The notes beneath the pieces were generated by a model. That model saw only the letters and a program-made list of their open reading frames with translations. It was not told the DNA's origin and searched no databases. A stretch of DNA of 64,000 nucleotides from Macrostomum lignano (Eukaryota): assembly GCA_002269645.1 (NCBI GenBank), contig NIVC01002899.1, forward strand, positions 62,001-126,000. Reading direction: 5' to 3'. Below, one piece after another: positions 1 through 11,283 of this stretch (position 1 is the first letter of the stretch; the number at the start of each line of letters is the position of its first letter). The position numbers were made by a program, and so were the translations under genes.

Positions 1-469
1 AATCAGTCTTAGACTTAATTCATCTAAAATGACCATTCGAGGGACTGGATTCTACTCAAAGCATTCTATCTTTGGTTTACTCCACAGCAGCATTAATTTT
101 AGAAAGTTGGATCTGATAAGCGAGATTCTCGGCACACTAAATATTCGGCCTCTATAAACTTCTCCTGGACGCTTCTCGTCCGGCGCCATACCAGGCCAAT
201 TCGGCGAGTAATTGCCCATGAGGGGGGGGGGTTGGTTGAGGAGGGATTTAATTAGCGACCGAGCGGAATTGCTCCGCGAGTTCGTGCCGAAGGGGCGAGT
301 GAGAACTCCATTAGCTGGGGGCTGGCTCACCCCCTGCTGGGTTTAATAAAGAATAACTTGCATAGTGTGTGCACTGCCTATTCGCTGTCAGAGTACCACA
401 GTAATTAATGGCTGGTCAGTGATTGTAGTGAATGCGATTTGTAAGGATGAGCGAATCAGTGAAATCGTT

Positions 470-1040
470 TCTTACTGTAGTGACTGGGGTTCTCTTACTG
501 TAGTGAATGGGGTTCTTACTGTAGTGAATGGGGTTCTTACTGTAGTGAATGGGGTTCTTACTGTAGTGAATGGGGTTCTTACTGTAGTGAATGGGGTTCT
601 TACTGTAGTGAATGGGGTTCTTACTGTAGTGAATGGGGTTCTTACTGTAGTGAATGGGGTTCTTACTGTAGTGAATGGGGTTCTTACTGTAGTGAATGGG
701 GTTCTTACTGTAGTGAATGGGGTTCTTACTGTAGTGAATGGGGTTCTTACTGTAGTGAATGGGGTTCTTACTGTAGTGAATGGGGTTCTTACTGCAGTGA
801 ATGGGGTTCTTACTGCAGTGAATGGGGTTCTTACTGTAGTGAATGGGGTTCTTACTGTAGTGAATGGGGCTTCTTACTGCAGTGAATGGGGTTCTTACTG
901 TAGTGAATGGGGTTCTTACTGTAGTGAATGGGGTTCTTACTGTAGTGAATGGGGTTCTTACTGTAGTGAATGGAATTCCTAACGTAGTGAATGGGCTTCT
1001 CTTACTGTAGTGAATGGGATTCTTGCTGTAGTGAATGGGA
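470..1040. repeat. 21-bp minisatellite (GTAGTGAATGGGGTTCTTACT)n
   Basis: Near-perfect tandem copies; source of the VVNGVLT and SYCSEWG pseudo-ORFs. Confidence 0.97.
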
Positions 1041-1073
1041 CCCTGAATGGTTGATCATGAAAATCTCGCGCAC

Positions 1074-3214
1074 CTCAGCAGGTGGGTTTCCTTCTTCGGC
1101 GCCCAGCCGCTGCATGACTCCCCGGCAGCCGACAGGATCGTCACCACCCCGCCACCGCCGCCTCGGCTGCCAGTCAGCATTCGGCGACCTCCATTCGCTG
1201 AAGTGGCCGCCAAAATTTGTCCAGCCTCGCTGCCGCACAGCTGGTTACCCATGGCGCCGAGGACCTGCTGGCTGGCAGAGAGGGCGTTCGGGCCGGATTC
1301 AGGACAGAGTTTGGCTGTTTATTGTCTGCCTTTAGTGTCTGGGTGTTTCTTACCCGTTTTCAGGGTCAAAATTCTCCTCACCATGGCGCAAGGCCTTTGG
1401 CGACATGATCCCATAACCAGAGCTGACGGCAATTCTGCTCATTCCGCTGAATTCTGAGCACATGCAAGCGCGCCAATGCTGTACGCTGTATGCACACACC
1501 ATGGGCCGGCAAACTCGATCATCATGCGGCCCGCAGAGCCTCTCTATCCGGCCCTCGGGTCTTTTGAAACTTTACAATAGCAATCTGGCCCGCTCAAGGC
1601 TTGTATCTTCTCAGCTCTCTTCTCTCTAATCTCCTCTCCTCTCCTCTCTCCTCTCTCCTCTCTCCTCTCTCCTCTCTCCCCTCCTCTCCTCTCTTCTCTC
1701 CTCTCTTCTCTTTCCTCTCTCCTCTCTTCTCTTCTCAATCATCTCCTCTCTCTTTCTCCACATCTCCTCTCTTCCTCTCTTCTCTCTTCTCATTTATTCT
1801 CTAGTCTCTCCTCTCTCTTAGGTCCCTTCTCTCTTCTTCATTGCCTCTCTTCTCTCCCCTCCTCCGGCCGACAGTCTTTCTCTACGTTCTCTATCTGGCC
1901 CTTGAAGTAAAAAGATTTGCCGAAATATTATACTATTACACTATTACACCATTACACTATTACACTATTACACTATTACACTATTATACTATTACACTAT
2001 TATACTATTACACTATTACACTATTGCACTATTACACTATTACACTATTACACTATTACACTATTACACTATTGCACTATTACACTATTACACTATTACA
2101 CCATTACACTATTACACCATTACACTATTACACTATTACACTATTACACTATTACACCATTACACTATTACACTATTACACTATTACACTATTACACTAT
2201 TACACTATTACACTATTACACTATTACACTATTACAATATTACATCATTACACTATTACACTATTACACTATTACACCATTACACTATTACATCATTACA
2301 CTATTACACCATTACACTATTACACCATTACACTATTACACTATTACACTATTACACTATTACACTATTACACTATTACACTATTACACTATTACACTAT
2401 TACACTATTACACTATTACATCATTACACTATTACACCATTACACTATTACACCATTACACTATTACACTATTACACTATTACACTATTACACTATTACA
2501 CTATTACACTATTACACTATTACACTATTACACTATTACACTATTACACTATTACAATATTACATCATTACACTATTACACTATTACACTATTACACTAT
2601 TACACTATTACACTATTACACTATTACACCATTACACTATTACATCATTACACTATTACACCATTACACTATTACACCATTACACTATTACACTATTACA
2701 CTATTACACTATTACACTATTACACTATTACACTATTACATCATTACACTATTACACCATTACACTATTACACCATTACACTATTACACTATTACACTAT
2801 TACACTATTACACCATTACACTATTACACTATTACACTATTACACTATTACACTATTACACTATTACACCATTACACATTACACTATTACACTATTACAC
2901 TATTACACCATTACACATTACACTATTACACTATTACACTATTACACTATTACACTATTACACCATTACACTATTACACCATTACACTATTACACTATTG
3001 CACTATTACACCATTACACTATTACACCATTACACTATTACACTATTGCACTATTGCACTATTGCACTATTACACTATTACACTATTACACTATTACACT
3101 ATTACAAAGAATTTTGCCCCAACAATAGATTTACTTACCTTGAAAATTTATCAACGCAAATTCGGCATCAACGTTGAGCTGTTTTGAGATATGGCCTAAT
3201 TCGGAGTTGACCAT
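1074..3214 (-). CDS. Possible unidentified multi-exon gene (candidate exons 3214-3139, 1453-1354, 1271-1074; may continue to 336-52)
   Basis: The three segments have canonical GT/AG sites (donors CAAG|GTAAGT, ACGG|GTAAGA, TGAG|GTGCGC) and phases 1 and 2 chain into one open frame: MVNSELGHISKQLNVDAEFALINFQG-EFSGMSRIAVSSGYGIMSPKALRHGEENFDPENG-QQVLGAMGNQLCGSEAG... No motif was recognised, and the phase to the 336-52 segment does not fit. Confidence 0.3.
1610..1860. repeat. CT-rich low-complexity tract
   Basis: Almost only C and T (ctctc/ctcctct units). Confidence 0.9.
1929..3105. repeat. 8-bp satellite (ACACTATT)n
   Basis: About 1.2 kb of tandem 8-mers with ACACCATT and ACATCATT variants. Confidence 0.97.
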
Positions 3215-3844
3215 TCACTGTGCAGTAATTAAGCAGGTCTGAGTCACTCTGATCTCAGTAAAGCGCATTTGTTCGATTGCAAGTGGGCCATGCACGCCTC
3301 GCCGTCGCCAGTCGAACTTTTTGGTCAACGCAGTTCAGCTGTTTATAACGACGCAACTGCAGCTGGGAGGGAGGCGAGACATTGGGAGACAGAGAGTGAG
3401 AGACAGAGGTGGGGGGTTTTTGGGTTCCCTCGCGCTTCTTTGCCACGCCAATCCCCCTGGCCGATCCTGAACCACCGACACCCCGACTGTCCGTGAAAAA
3501 CAGATCCCACAGGGGATACGGGCTGGGGTTGGGGGGGCAGCTCGCGGGGTGCAGCCTGCCAAGGAGGCCGCAATCCAGAACTTGGAGCAGCCGAGAGATG
3601 AAAGAAGCGAATGGAGACAAGAGACAAGAGGATAAAGAAGAAAGCTGAAAAGACGCGCAAACCGGATTGCTATTGGCATGTTTCAAATGACTTGAGTAGT
3701 CTTCAGGTTTTTTGTAAAAATTTTTGAGTTCCTTAAGGAATAAGGCGGCATAAGTTAGTCCAGTGGCTTACGCACAGGGCAATGGGGGGGGCTTTGACTA
3801 TTGCCGCCTCTTGGAAGTCGCGTTCACAAGCCTAGAAGATAGGG

Positions 3845-4618
3845 TTGCCAACCAAGAGACAGGGGTGTCCACCACAAGACAGGAATGTCCACCAAGAGAC
3901 AGGGGTGTCCACCAAGAGACAGGAATGTCCACCAAGAGACAGGGGTGTCCACCACAAGACAGGAATGTCCACCAAGAGACAGAGGTGTCCACCAAGAGAC
4001 AGGAATGTCCACCAAGAGACAGGGTGTCCACCACAAGACAGGGGTGTTCACCAAGAGACTGGGGTGTCCACCAAGAGACAAGGGTGTCCACCAAGAGACA
4101 GGAATGTCCAACAAGAAGCAGGGGCGCCCATCAAGAGACAGGAATGTCCACCAAGAGACAAGGGTGTCCACCAAGAGACAGGAATGTCCACCAAGAGGCA
4201 GGGGCGCCCATCAAGAGACAGGAATGTCTACCAAGATACAAGGGTGTCCACCAAGAGACAGGAATGTCCACCAAGAGGCAGGGGCGCCCATCAAGAGACA
4301 GGAATGTCTACCAAGATACAAGGGTGTCCACCAAGAGACAGGAATGTCCACAAGATACAAGGGTGTCCACCAAGAGACAGGAATGTCCACCAAGAGACTA
4401 GGGTGTCCACCAAAAGACAAGGGTGTCCACCAAGAGACAGGAATGTCCACCAAGAGGCAGGGGCGCCCACCAAGAGACAGGAATGTCCACCAAGATACAA
4501 GGGTGTCCACCAAGAGACAGGAATGTCCACCAATAGACTGGGGTGTCCACCAAGAGACAAGGGTGTCCACCAAGAGACAGGAATGTCCACCAAGATACAA
4601 GGGTGTCCACCAAAAGAT
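3845..4618. repeat. 20-bp minisatellite (CCACCAAGAGACAGGAATGT/GGGGTGT)n, heterogeneous array
   Basis: Tandem 20-mers sharing the core CCACCAAGAGACAG with the 5125-6300 array. Confidence 0.95.
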
Positions 4619-5124
4619 AGAGGTGACAGTTTTCGGGAGTTTAGGACATCTTTCGAGAAACCCGAACCGCGTCCCGAACCCAAATCCCGACCCCGGGCGC
4701 CAAAAACATCGAACCCTCACGAATTACTTACTTAACTGAGTCAGGGGAATAAAAAATTTTGTCTTAAATATACACCAGAATTTTGCTGCTGTCGCCTGCC
4801 AGACGTGAATACAGCAGTCTAAATCGAATTACAAGATATTTATACAGCAAGGAACTTATACAGAAATGTGTCCCTACCTAAAAGCAAACCAATGAAATTA
4901 TGTGCGCAATAGAAGAAACGTTAAACTACTAAGCTGACTACAGATGGCAGCTATCTTACTATTTTCTAGCCAGCTAAAAGTTGACAAGTTTCAATAAGCT
5001 AAGAAAACTCTTTTCGAGGCATGTGTCTAGTAAATTCCGTAAAATCAAGAGTCGTAACTAATGACTCAAGCTGTAAGCACCCAGTTAAACAAAAATGCTG
5101 TTTTCAACGAATTCCCACCAAGTG

Positions 5125-6300
5125 GCGCCCACCAAGAGACAGGGCCGCCCACCAAGAGACAGGGCCGCCCACCAAGAGACAGGGGCGCCCACCAAGAGAC
5201 AGGGCCGCCCACCAAGAGACAGGGGCGCCCACCAAGAGACAGGGCCGCCCACCAAGAGACAGGGGCGCCCACCAAGAGACAGGGGCGCCCACCAAGAGAC
5301 AGGGCCGCCCACCAAGAGACAGGGCCGCCCACCAAGAGACAGGGGCGCCCACCAAGAGACAGGGCCGCCCACCAAGAGACAGGGCCGCCCACCAAGAGAC
5401 AGGGCCGCCCACCAAGAGACAGGGGCGCCCACCAAGAGACAGGGCCGCCCACCAAGAGACAGGGCCGCCCACCAAGAGACAGGGCCGCCCACCAAGAGAC
5501 AGGGCCGCCCACCAAGAGACAGGGCCGCCCACCAAGAGACAGGGCCGCCCACCAAGAGACAGGGCCGCCCACCAAGAGACAGGGCCGCCCACCAAGAGAC
5601 AGGGGCGCCCACCAAGAGACAGGGCCGCCCACCAAGAGACAGGGGCGCCCACCAAGAGACAGGGCCGCCCACCAAGAGACAGGGCCGCCCACCAAGAGAC
5701 AGGGGCGCCCACCAAGAGACAGGGCCGCCCACCAAGAGACAGGGCCGCCCACCAAGAGACAGGGCCGCCCACCAAGAGACAGGGCCGCCCACCAAGAGAC
5801 AGGGCCGCCCACCAAGAGACAGGGCCGCCCACCAAGAGACAGGGCCGCCCACCAAGAGACAGGGCCGCCCACCAAGAGACAGGGCCGCCCACCAAGAGAC
5901 AGGGCCGCCCACCAAGAGACAGGGCCGCCCACCAAGAGACAGGGCCGCCCACCAAGAGACAGGGCCGCCCACCAAGAGACAGGGGCACCCACCAAGAGAC
6001 AGGGGCACCCACCAAGAGACAGTGGCACCCACCAAGAGACAGGGGCACCCACCAAGAGACAGGGGCACCCACCAAGAGACAGGGGCACCCACCAAGAGAC
6101 AGGGGCACCCACCAAGAGACAGGGGCACCCACCAAGAGACAGGGGCACCCACCAAGAGACAGGGGCACCCACCAAGAGACAGGGGCACCCACCAAGAGAC
6201 AGGGGCACCCACCAAGAGACAGGGGCACCCACCAAGAGACAGGGGCACCCACCAAGAGACAGGGGCACCCACCAAGAGACAGGGGCACCCACCAAGAGAC
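5125..6300. repeat. 20-bp minisatellite (CCACCAAGAGACAGGGCCGC)n, homogeneous array
   Basis: About 59 near-perfect 20-mers; all six frames open. Confidence 0.97.
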
Positions 6301-6496
6301 AGAGACGCCCATCAGGAGGAGTTGTAACTCCAGGTTCCTGGTTCAGGGTCTCCTTGAACCAGGCCAATGGCTGGGAAAAAAAAAACTTTTTTTCGCGTAT
6401 GAGGGGGCGGCGGGCGAAGGCACGACCAGCTCCACTGCCGTCATTTTGCACATTGTGGCGATCGTGTTCGAGGTCGAGAGGGGAGCCAGTGGAATG

Positions 6497-6534
<38 letters not shown>

Positions 6535-6967
6535 CAGAGAGTGCAGCTATAGGAGACATGTGGGGGAATTTTTTTAGAACTTTAAAGCTAGCAGCCTCGG
6601 CGTGTGGTGCAGAACCAGGAAACTCCTCTCTCTCTCCCTCTCTGGAACCGCTTCGCTTTTTGAAAGGACGCATGCAGTCTGCTTGTGATGGGATCAGGTT
6701 ACACTATCTAGATCGCTCTGTAATAAGCTGTTTGGAAGCGAAGTGAAGGGGAGGTGTTCGCTGGTCATAAACACTCGTTAATTTTCCATCCACCCCACCG
6801 ACACGACAGAGAGAAATCGGTCACTTCCGGCTATCTATCTGCTCATATTTGGCAATGAGCTCTGTGACCAGTTTTGTTTAGTTTGCAATATTTTGCCAAG
6901 TCCACTATGCGCTCCGTGGGTCACAATAAATTAATGGGAAAAGGTTTTGGGGTAATAAAGGGGTGCA

Positions 6968-7108
6968 GATCGTGCGTGAATGCGCAGAGTTCTAACCACT
7001 GTGATCGTGCGTGAATGCGCAGAGTTCTAACCACTGTGATCGTGCGTGAATGCGCAGAGTTCTAACCACTGCGATCGTGCGTGAATGCGCAGAGTTCTAA
7101 CCACTGCG
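6968..7108. repeat. 35-bp tandem repeat x4
   Basis: GATCGTGCGTGAATGCGCAGAGTTCTAACCACTGT at 6968, 7003, 7038 and 7073. Confidence 0.92.
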
Positions 7109-7545
7109 AACGACTGGGAAGAGTGCGTGAAGAATGCACAATTCCCCAACCATTTTGGCCTTACAAAGCTCATATAGTATTTTCTCATAAATTTGCTAGC
7201 TGTAAGGCGTAGTGCATATGAGCAAACTACTCAATAAGAGATATACATGTAGTTAGTAGACACAGCCAGCTGCAATGCCTCGAGGCTTCTTGCAATCTAG
7301 CAAATGAGGCCAACTAAAACTCTCACGGGATTTGAATTTGTCTGGATCAGTAAATCATATTCGCGCGCCGACAAACTGCTTGATGGGTGTCCGAGAATCT
7401 CGGTCTGCTGCACGGCTGGCTGGATTTTGCTACTTTAATATTGAGTAGCACCACTTTAATTTCCTTCTCCTTGGCTTTCAGCTAAGCCGCATTGCTTCGG
7501 CTTAAACATTGTTTAAGCCGAAGCTTAGTGAAAGTCATTTTGCGA

Positions 7546-7625
7546 TGTCATAGAGATGCCAGTAGGATGTCATAGAGATGCCACCAGGATGTCATAGAGA
7601 TTCCAGCAGGATGCCATAGAGATGT
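7546..7625. repeat. 22-bp degenerate tandem repeat (about 4 copies)
   Basis: GTCATAGAGATGCCAGTAGGAT-like units. Confidence 0.75.
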
Positions 7626-8145
7626 CACTAAGCAAAGAGACGCCCCTAAGGTGTCAAAGTGATGCCACCACCACAAAGACGTCACTACGCTCGTATAGTC
7701 CCGCCAGGATGTCAAAGCCAGACTGGTAAGCAGGTAAGCGAACTAATTTCACCACTATGGAAAAAAGTGTCATCAAAAGTGTACTAAATTGACCTACATG
7801 TGCAGGTGGGTGGGGTTATCCTTGCAGCGCAAAATTGAGTATAATAAAGAGGTACATGTATAAATATATGTTTTGGAATATTTTAGTTAGAAGTTTAACT
7901 AAAGAACTCGTTTCGACATTTTAAAAACTTTCTGTAAATATTTGACGCACTGAGAAGGCCTAAATGAGTTTGCACTACTGAGAGCTAATTGAACTCAAGT
8001 GAAAACTGGGCGTCTCTGGCTTCTCAAGTTGACAGAAATGCAAGCAACCACTTCTGTAAGTCGATTTTTTAAAAGCAAGCCTTCAGGATAAAAGGTATTA
8101 GCGGGACTCGGACTCAGGACAAGAAGAGAAAGTCTACCGTCGGGC

Positions 8146-8970
8146 ATGTCACCCATTCAATGCCGCAGTGGTGCAGTGCAATTCATTATAATCATTTTGC
8201 TCCGTTTCCACCCAATAGTTCACAGCAAAAACAGCGGCGATAAACAACTGTGTCGTCAACCGTTTTTTCCTGGAGACGGAGGCAACCGCGACAGGTGCTT
8301 GCTGCTGCCGGATACTCAGCATCGACTCACCTGGTGTCAAGCTAATCGCTACTGTTGGCACCTTGGCGCTAGGCTGATAGCTAATCCTAGTGCTATAGCC
8401 AAGCTGCAGCTGAGTTCTAACGGCTCAACAACTGGTAAACTTTCCACGTGGATCGGCGTGTCCGACTTAGCTAGGGAACGCGGCAAGCAGAAGGACGGCT
8501 GGCGACCCGTGGCAGTTGGCGACAGTTTCGGCTCCGAGTTCCCGGCCAACTATCCAGGATGGGGCAGCGAGCCAAACGATGCCGTTGCGGGCTGGGAGAA
8601 CTGCTTAGAAGTTGACTTAGTCAGCGGTCAACTAAATGACAAAGTCTGCTCCGATTTGAACCCGTTTACCTGCGAAGCCTTGCCAGTGGAGCAGCTGCAG
8701 TTAGCTGAACAAAAATTTGGATTATGGCGCAAAGTGAACTTCCATAGATCACATTTTAACGAGATTTCGGAATACTGTCACTCAGATGATTTCGCTGTCG
8801 ATTCAGTTATGCATTGTCTGAAGATTGCTGTCAGGCATGCCTATCCAACGAGTGGCTTGCTCTACAATCATCGCCATAGGATCTGTCGGCTAATTGAATT
8901 CACAGGCGAGGTACAAGCCGAACGTGAAATTGAAATGAATGCCGACTGGGAAAATATAGTTTTAAAGTAG
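8146..8970 (+). CDS. Intronless secreted C-type lectin domain protein with a C-terminal PAN/Apple-like segment
   Basis: 274-aa ORF with a hydrophobic N-terminus (VQFIIIILL). CTLD hallmarks are C...TW..A..YC..LG, WIG.SD, W..EPND, ENC, LND..C and FTCE. The downstream C..VDS..HC....YN...ICRL pattern resembles PAN/Apple, and that call is tentative. Confidence 0.85.
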   Translation: MSPIQCRSGAVQFIIIILLRFHPIVHSKNSGDKQLCRQPFFPGDGGNRDRCLLLPDTQHRLTWCQANRYCWHLGARLIANPSAIAKLQLSSNGSTTGKLSTWIGVSDLARERGKQKDGWRPVAVGDSFGSEFPANYPGWGSEPNDAVAGWENCLEVDLVSGQLNDKVCSDLNPFTCEALPVEQLQLAEQKFGLWRKVNFHRSHFNEISEYCHSDDFAVDSVMHCLKIAVRHAYPTSGLLYNHRHRICRLIEFTGEVQAEREIEMNADWENIVLK

Positions 8971-11283
8971 GTACTTGTACGTTAACGGCCACCGTAAATT
9001 TTTAACTGTTTCAGCAACGAGTCAACGACAACTGTAACTTTTCTAATAAACTTGAAAAAAAGAAACAGATTTCAGTAACAGAAGTCCTGAAAAGAAAATT
9101 GGTTCCTTTTTTCGCTTTTTAGCACGACCCGTGTAGTTGAATTACACTCGGTGATCGTTGACCTTTAATTAAACTTTCAATTTTTTGCTCAAAGGTTTCA
9201 AAGAAGCACAAAATTTCGTTGTAGGTTCTAAAAATGCAATTGAAATGGCAGTTTGAAAATCACTACACACTTACTTTGTATCAAGACAAAGTATTAGACA
9301 TTTGCGCAGATGCTTTAATTTGCTGTTTGTTTAGCTGTTTCAGCGCTATTTCAATTATCGGGGACGATATTTATATGAACTTGTTGTCATTCTTAGAATT
9401 GGCTCAAAATTTCTTTACAAATTGGTTTAAATTATAAGCTCGATACAAGCCACAGGGGACTGCTTCAGATGTGAATCACATCGCATCTGTTGTTGACTTT
9501 TCAAATCGTGTATTCCATATGATTCTGTATTGATTAACCTAAGTGTACCATTTCCATAAAATTATCATAGTTGAATTCATTAGTACTACTACACACGAGT
9601 CGACAGTCGACACGACACTATATGTCGATATTACATAGATCTAATCTTTTTGTTTTTTTTGAAATAAACAAAACAAAGAGAATATAAAATCTTTAAGCTA
9701 ATATATATAGTTCAGTTTAAAAAAACCAAGTTTAATTCATTTGATTTAATTATTTCCATTTATTAGCTGTTGTTATATCTGCTTTACTGCTTAGAGTATT
9801 AGAAAGTAGCTAATTATTTTATTCAAACTTTTTGTTTTGTTTTTAATTACATTTTTTATAACAGTCATTTCTCAATGACAGTTAGATAAGTCAAGATAAA
9901 AGGATAAGTTAATATCATGATAAATCAATATCATATGATCAATATTATATCAATATCAATATCATACCATAGTATTAGATAGATTAAATTAGATAACATA
10001 ATATTACTAGATAATCTAATTACATTATTATGCTACTATATGATTTAATTTATTCTATCCAATGAAAATAAAATCATTAATATTGTTTATAATATTTGTC
10101 ATCCTATCACAGTATCACTGGATATTCTTGGCTAGCCAATTAAACTTTTGTATACATTTACAAAATTTAAAAATAAATCCCTAGTTAAATAAAATATATC
10201 TCTGATGATATTGATGCATAAACAATAAGTTGTAATGCAATTAGAAAACAGAAAACTATAGAAATCTAGGAGTTGCTTGTTTACTAGACTATATGAAAAG
10301 TAAATGCCAATATTAATATTTACCAAAGTCCAAACTTATACATTATACCAATGAATGTGTTTCATCCAACAGATATTTTAGGACAAGTAACTCATTTAAC
10401 TAATAAAACAAATTCATAATAAAAAAGAAAAATATATAAACCTTGAAAAAATAAAAAAACAAAATGTAGTGAATAGCCTCCAATATTGGCTAAGCCAAAG
10501 GCAATCTAATCATTAAAAAACAGTTTGCAGTCATAGACTAAATGACAATGTAAATGCCACCCTGAAATATTCTGCCTAAACCCAGCTTAAGCTTATGCTC
10601 AATTTTCAGAATTGCCTATTAAGTCTTTTGATTATATTTCTGAAACTTTGTATATGCAGCTTGAATTAATTTAAAAGCTTATTATTATAAACTGACAGCT
10701 ATCAATGCCTTAAATAGCTATATTTATTCTCTCAGCTCACAATGAGCACTCCAACCATAATGTATTATACATTATATACTTCTCATTGTCATCATTGATC
10801 CTTTCATAGTTTCATTTTTTATATTTTATATTTTCATTATAAAGTTGGTTATTTGATTTACCTACCCTAAAAATTTTGTTTTGACAAAATGCACTTAAAT
10901 TCACTGGTTAATGTTTGCATTGGCAAAAACAATAAGATCAATATAAATACTACATTAAATGGGCCTATTAAATCTAAAAGTATGCATACATCTAACTAGA
11001 TACTTCATTAACAATGATTGACAATGTTGCAAGTTCAAAAAGTTGCAATTTTCATTTAATTGATCAATAATTTTGGACGAAGCCATTTTGTTTATTATTT
11101 TTTATAGGACACAAATCAATTGCTTGAATCTTTATAAAGTATTAGCATTTTTATATTTTTCTTTTGTTCAGTTTTTTATATAATTATACAATACAAAATT
11201 TAAAGTGACCTTCAATTTCAATTTTTAACACTATATTCTAGCGCAGAAGTGTGAATGATTTATTTTTCTCAAATTCACTTCAG

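Noticed and set aside
1841-3187. Tyr/His/Thr-rich ORFs
   Set aside because: Translation of the 8-bp ACACTATT satellite.
5021-6746. Long ORFs in all six frames
   Set aside because: The 20-bp satellite unit lacks stop codons; there is no protein-like complexity.
9234-11200. Short ORFs in AT-rich DNA and candidate PAK start exons
   Set aside because: No motifs and weak donors, so none could be assigned with confidence.
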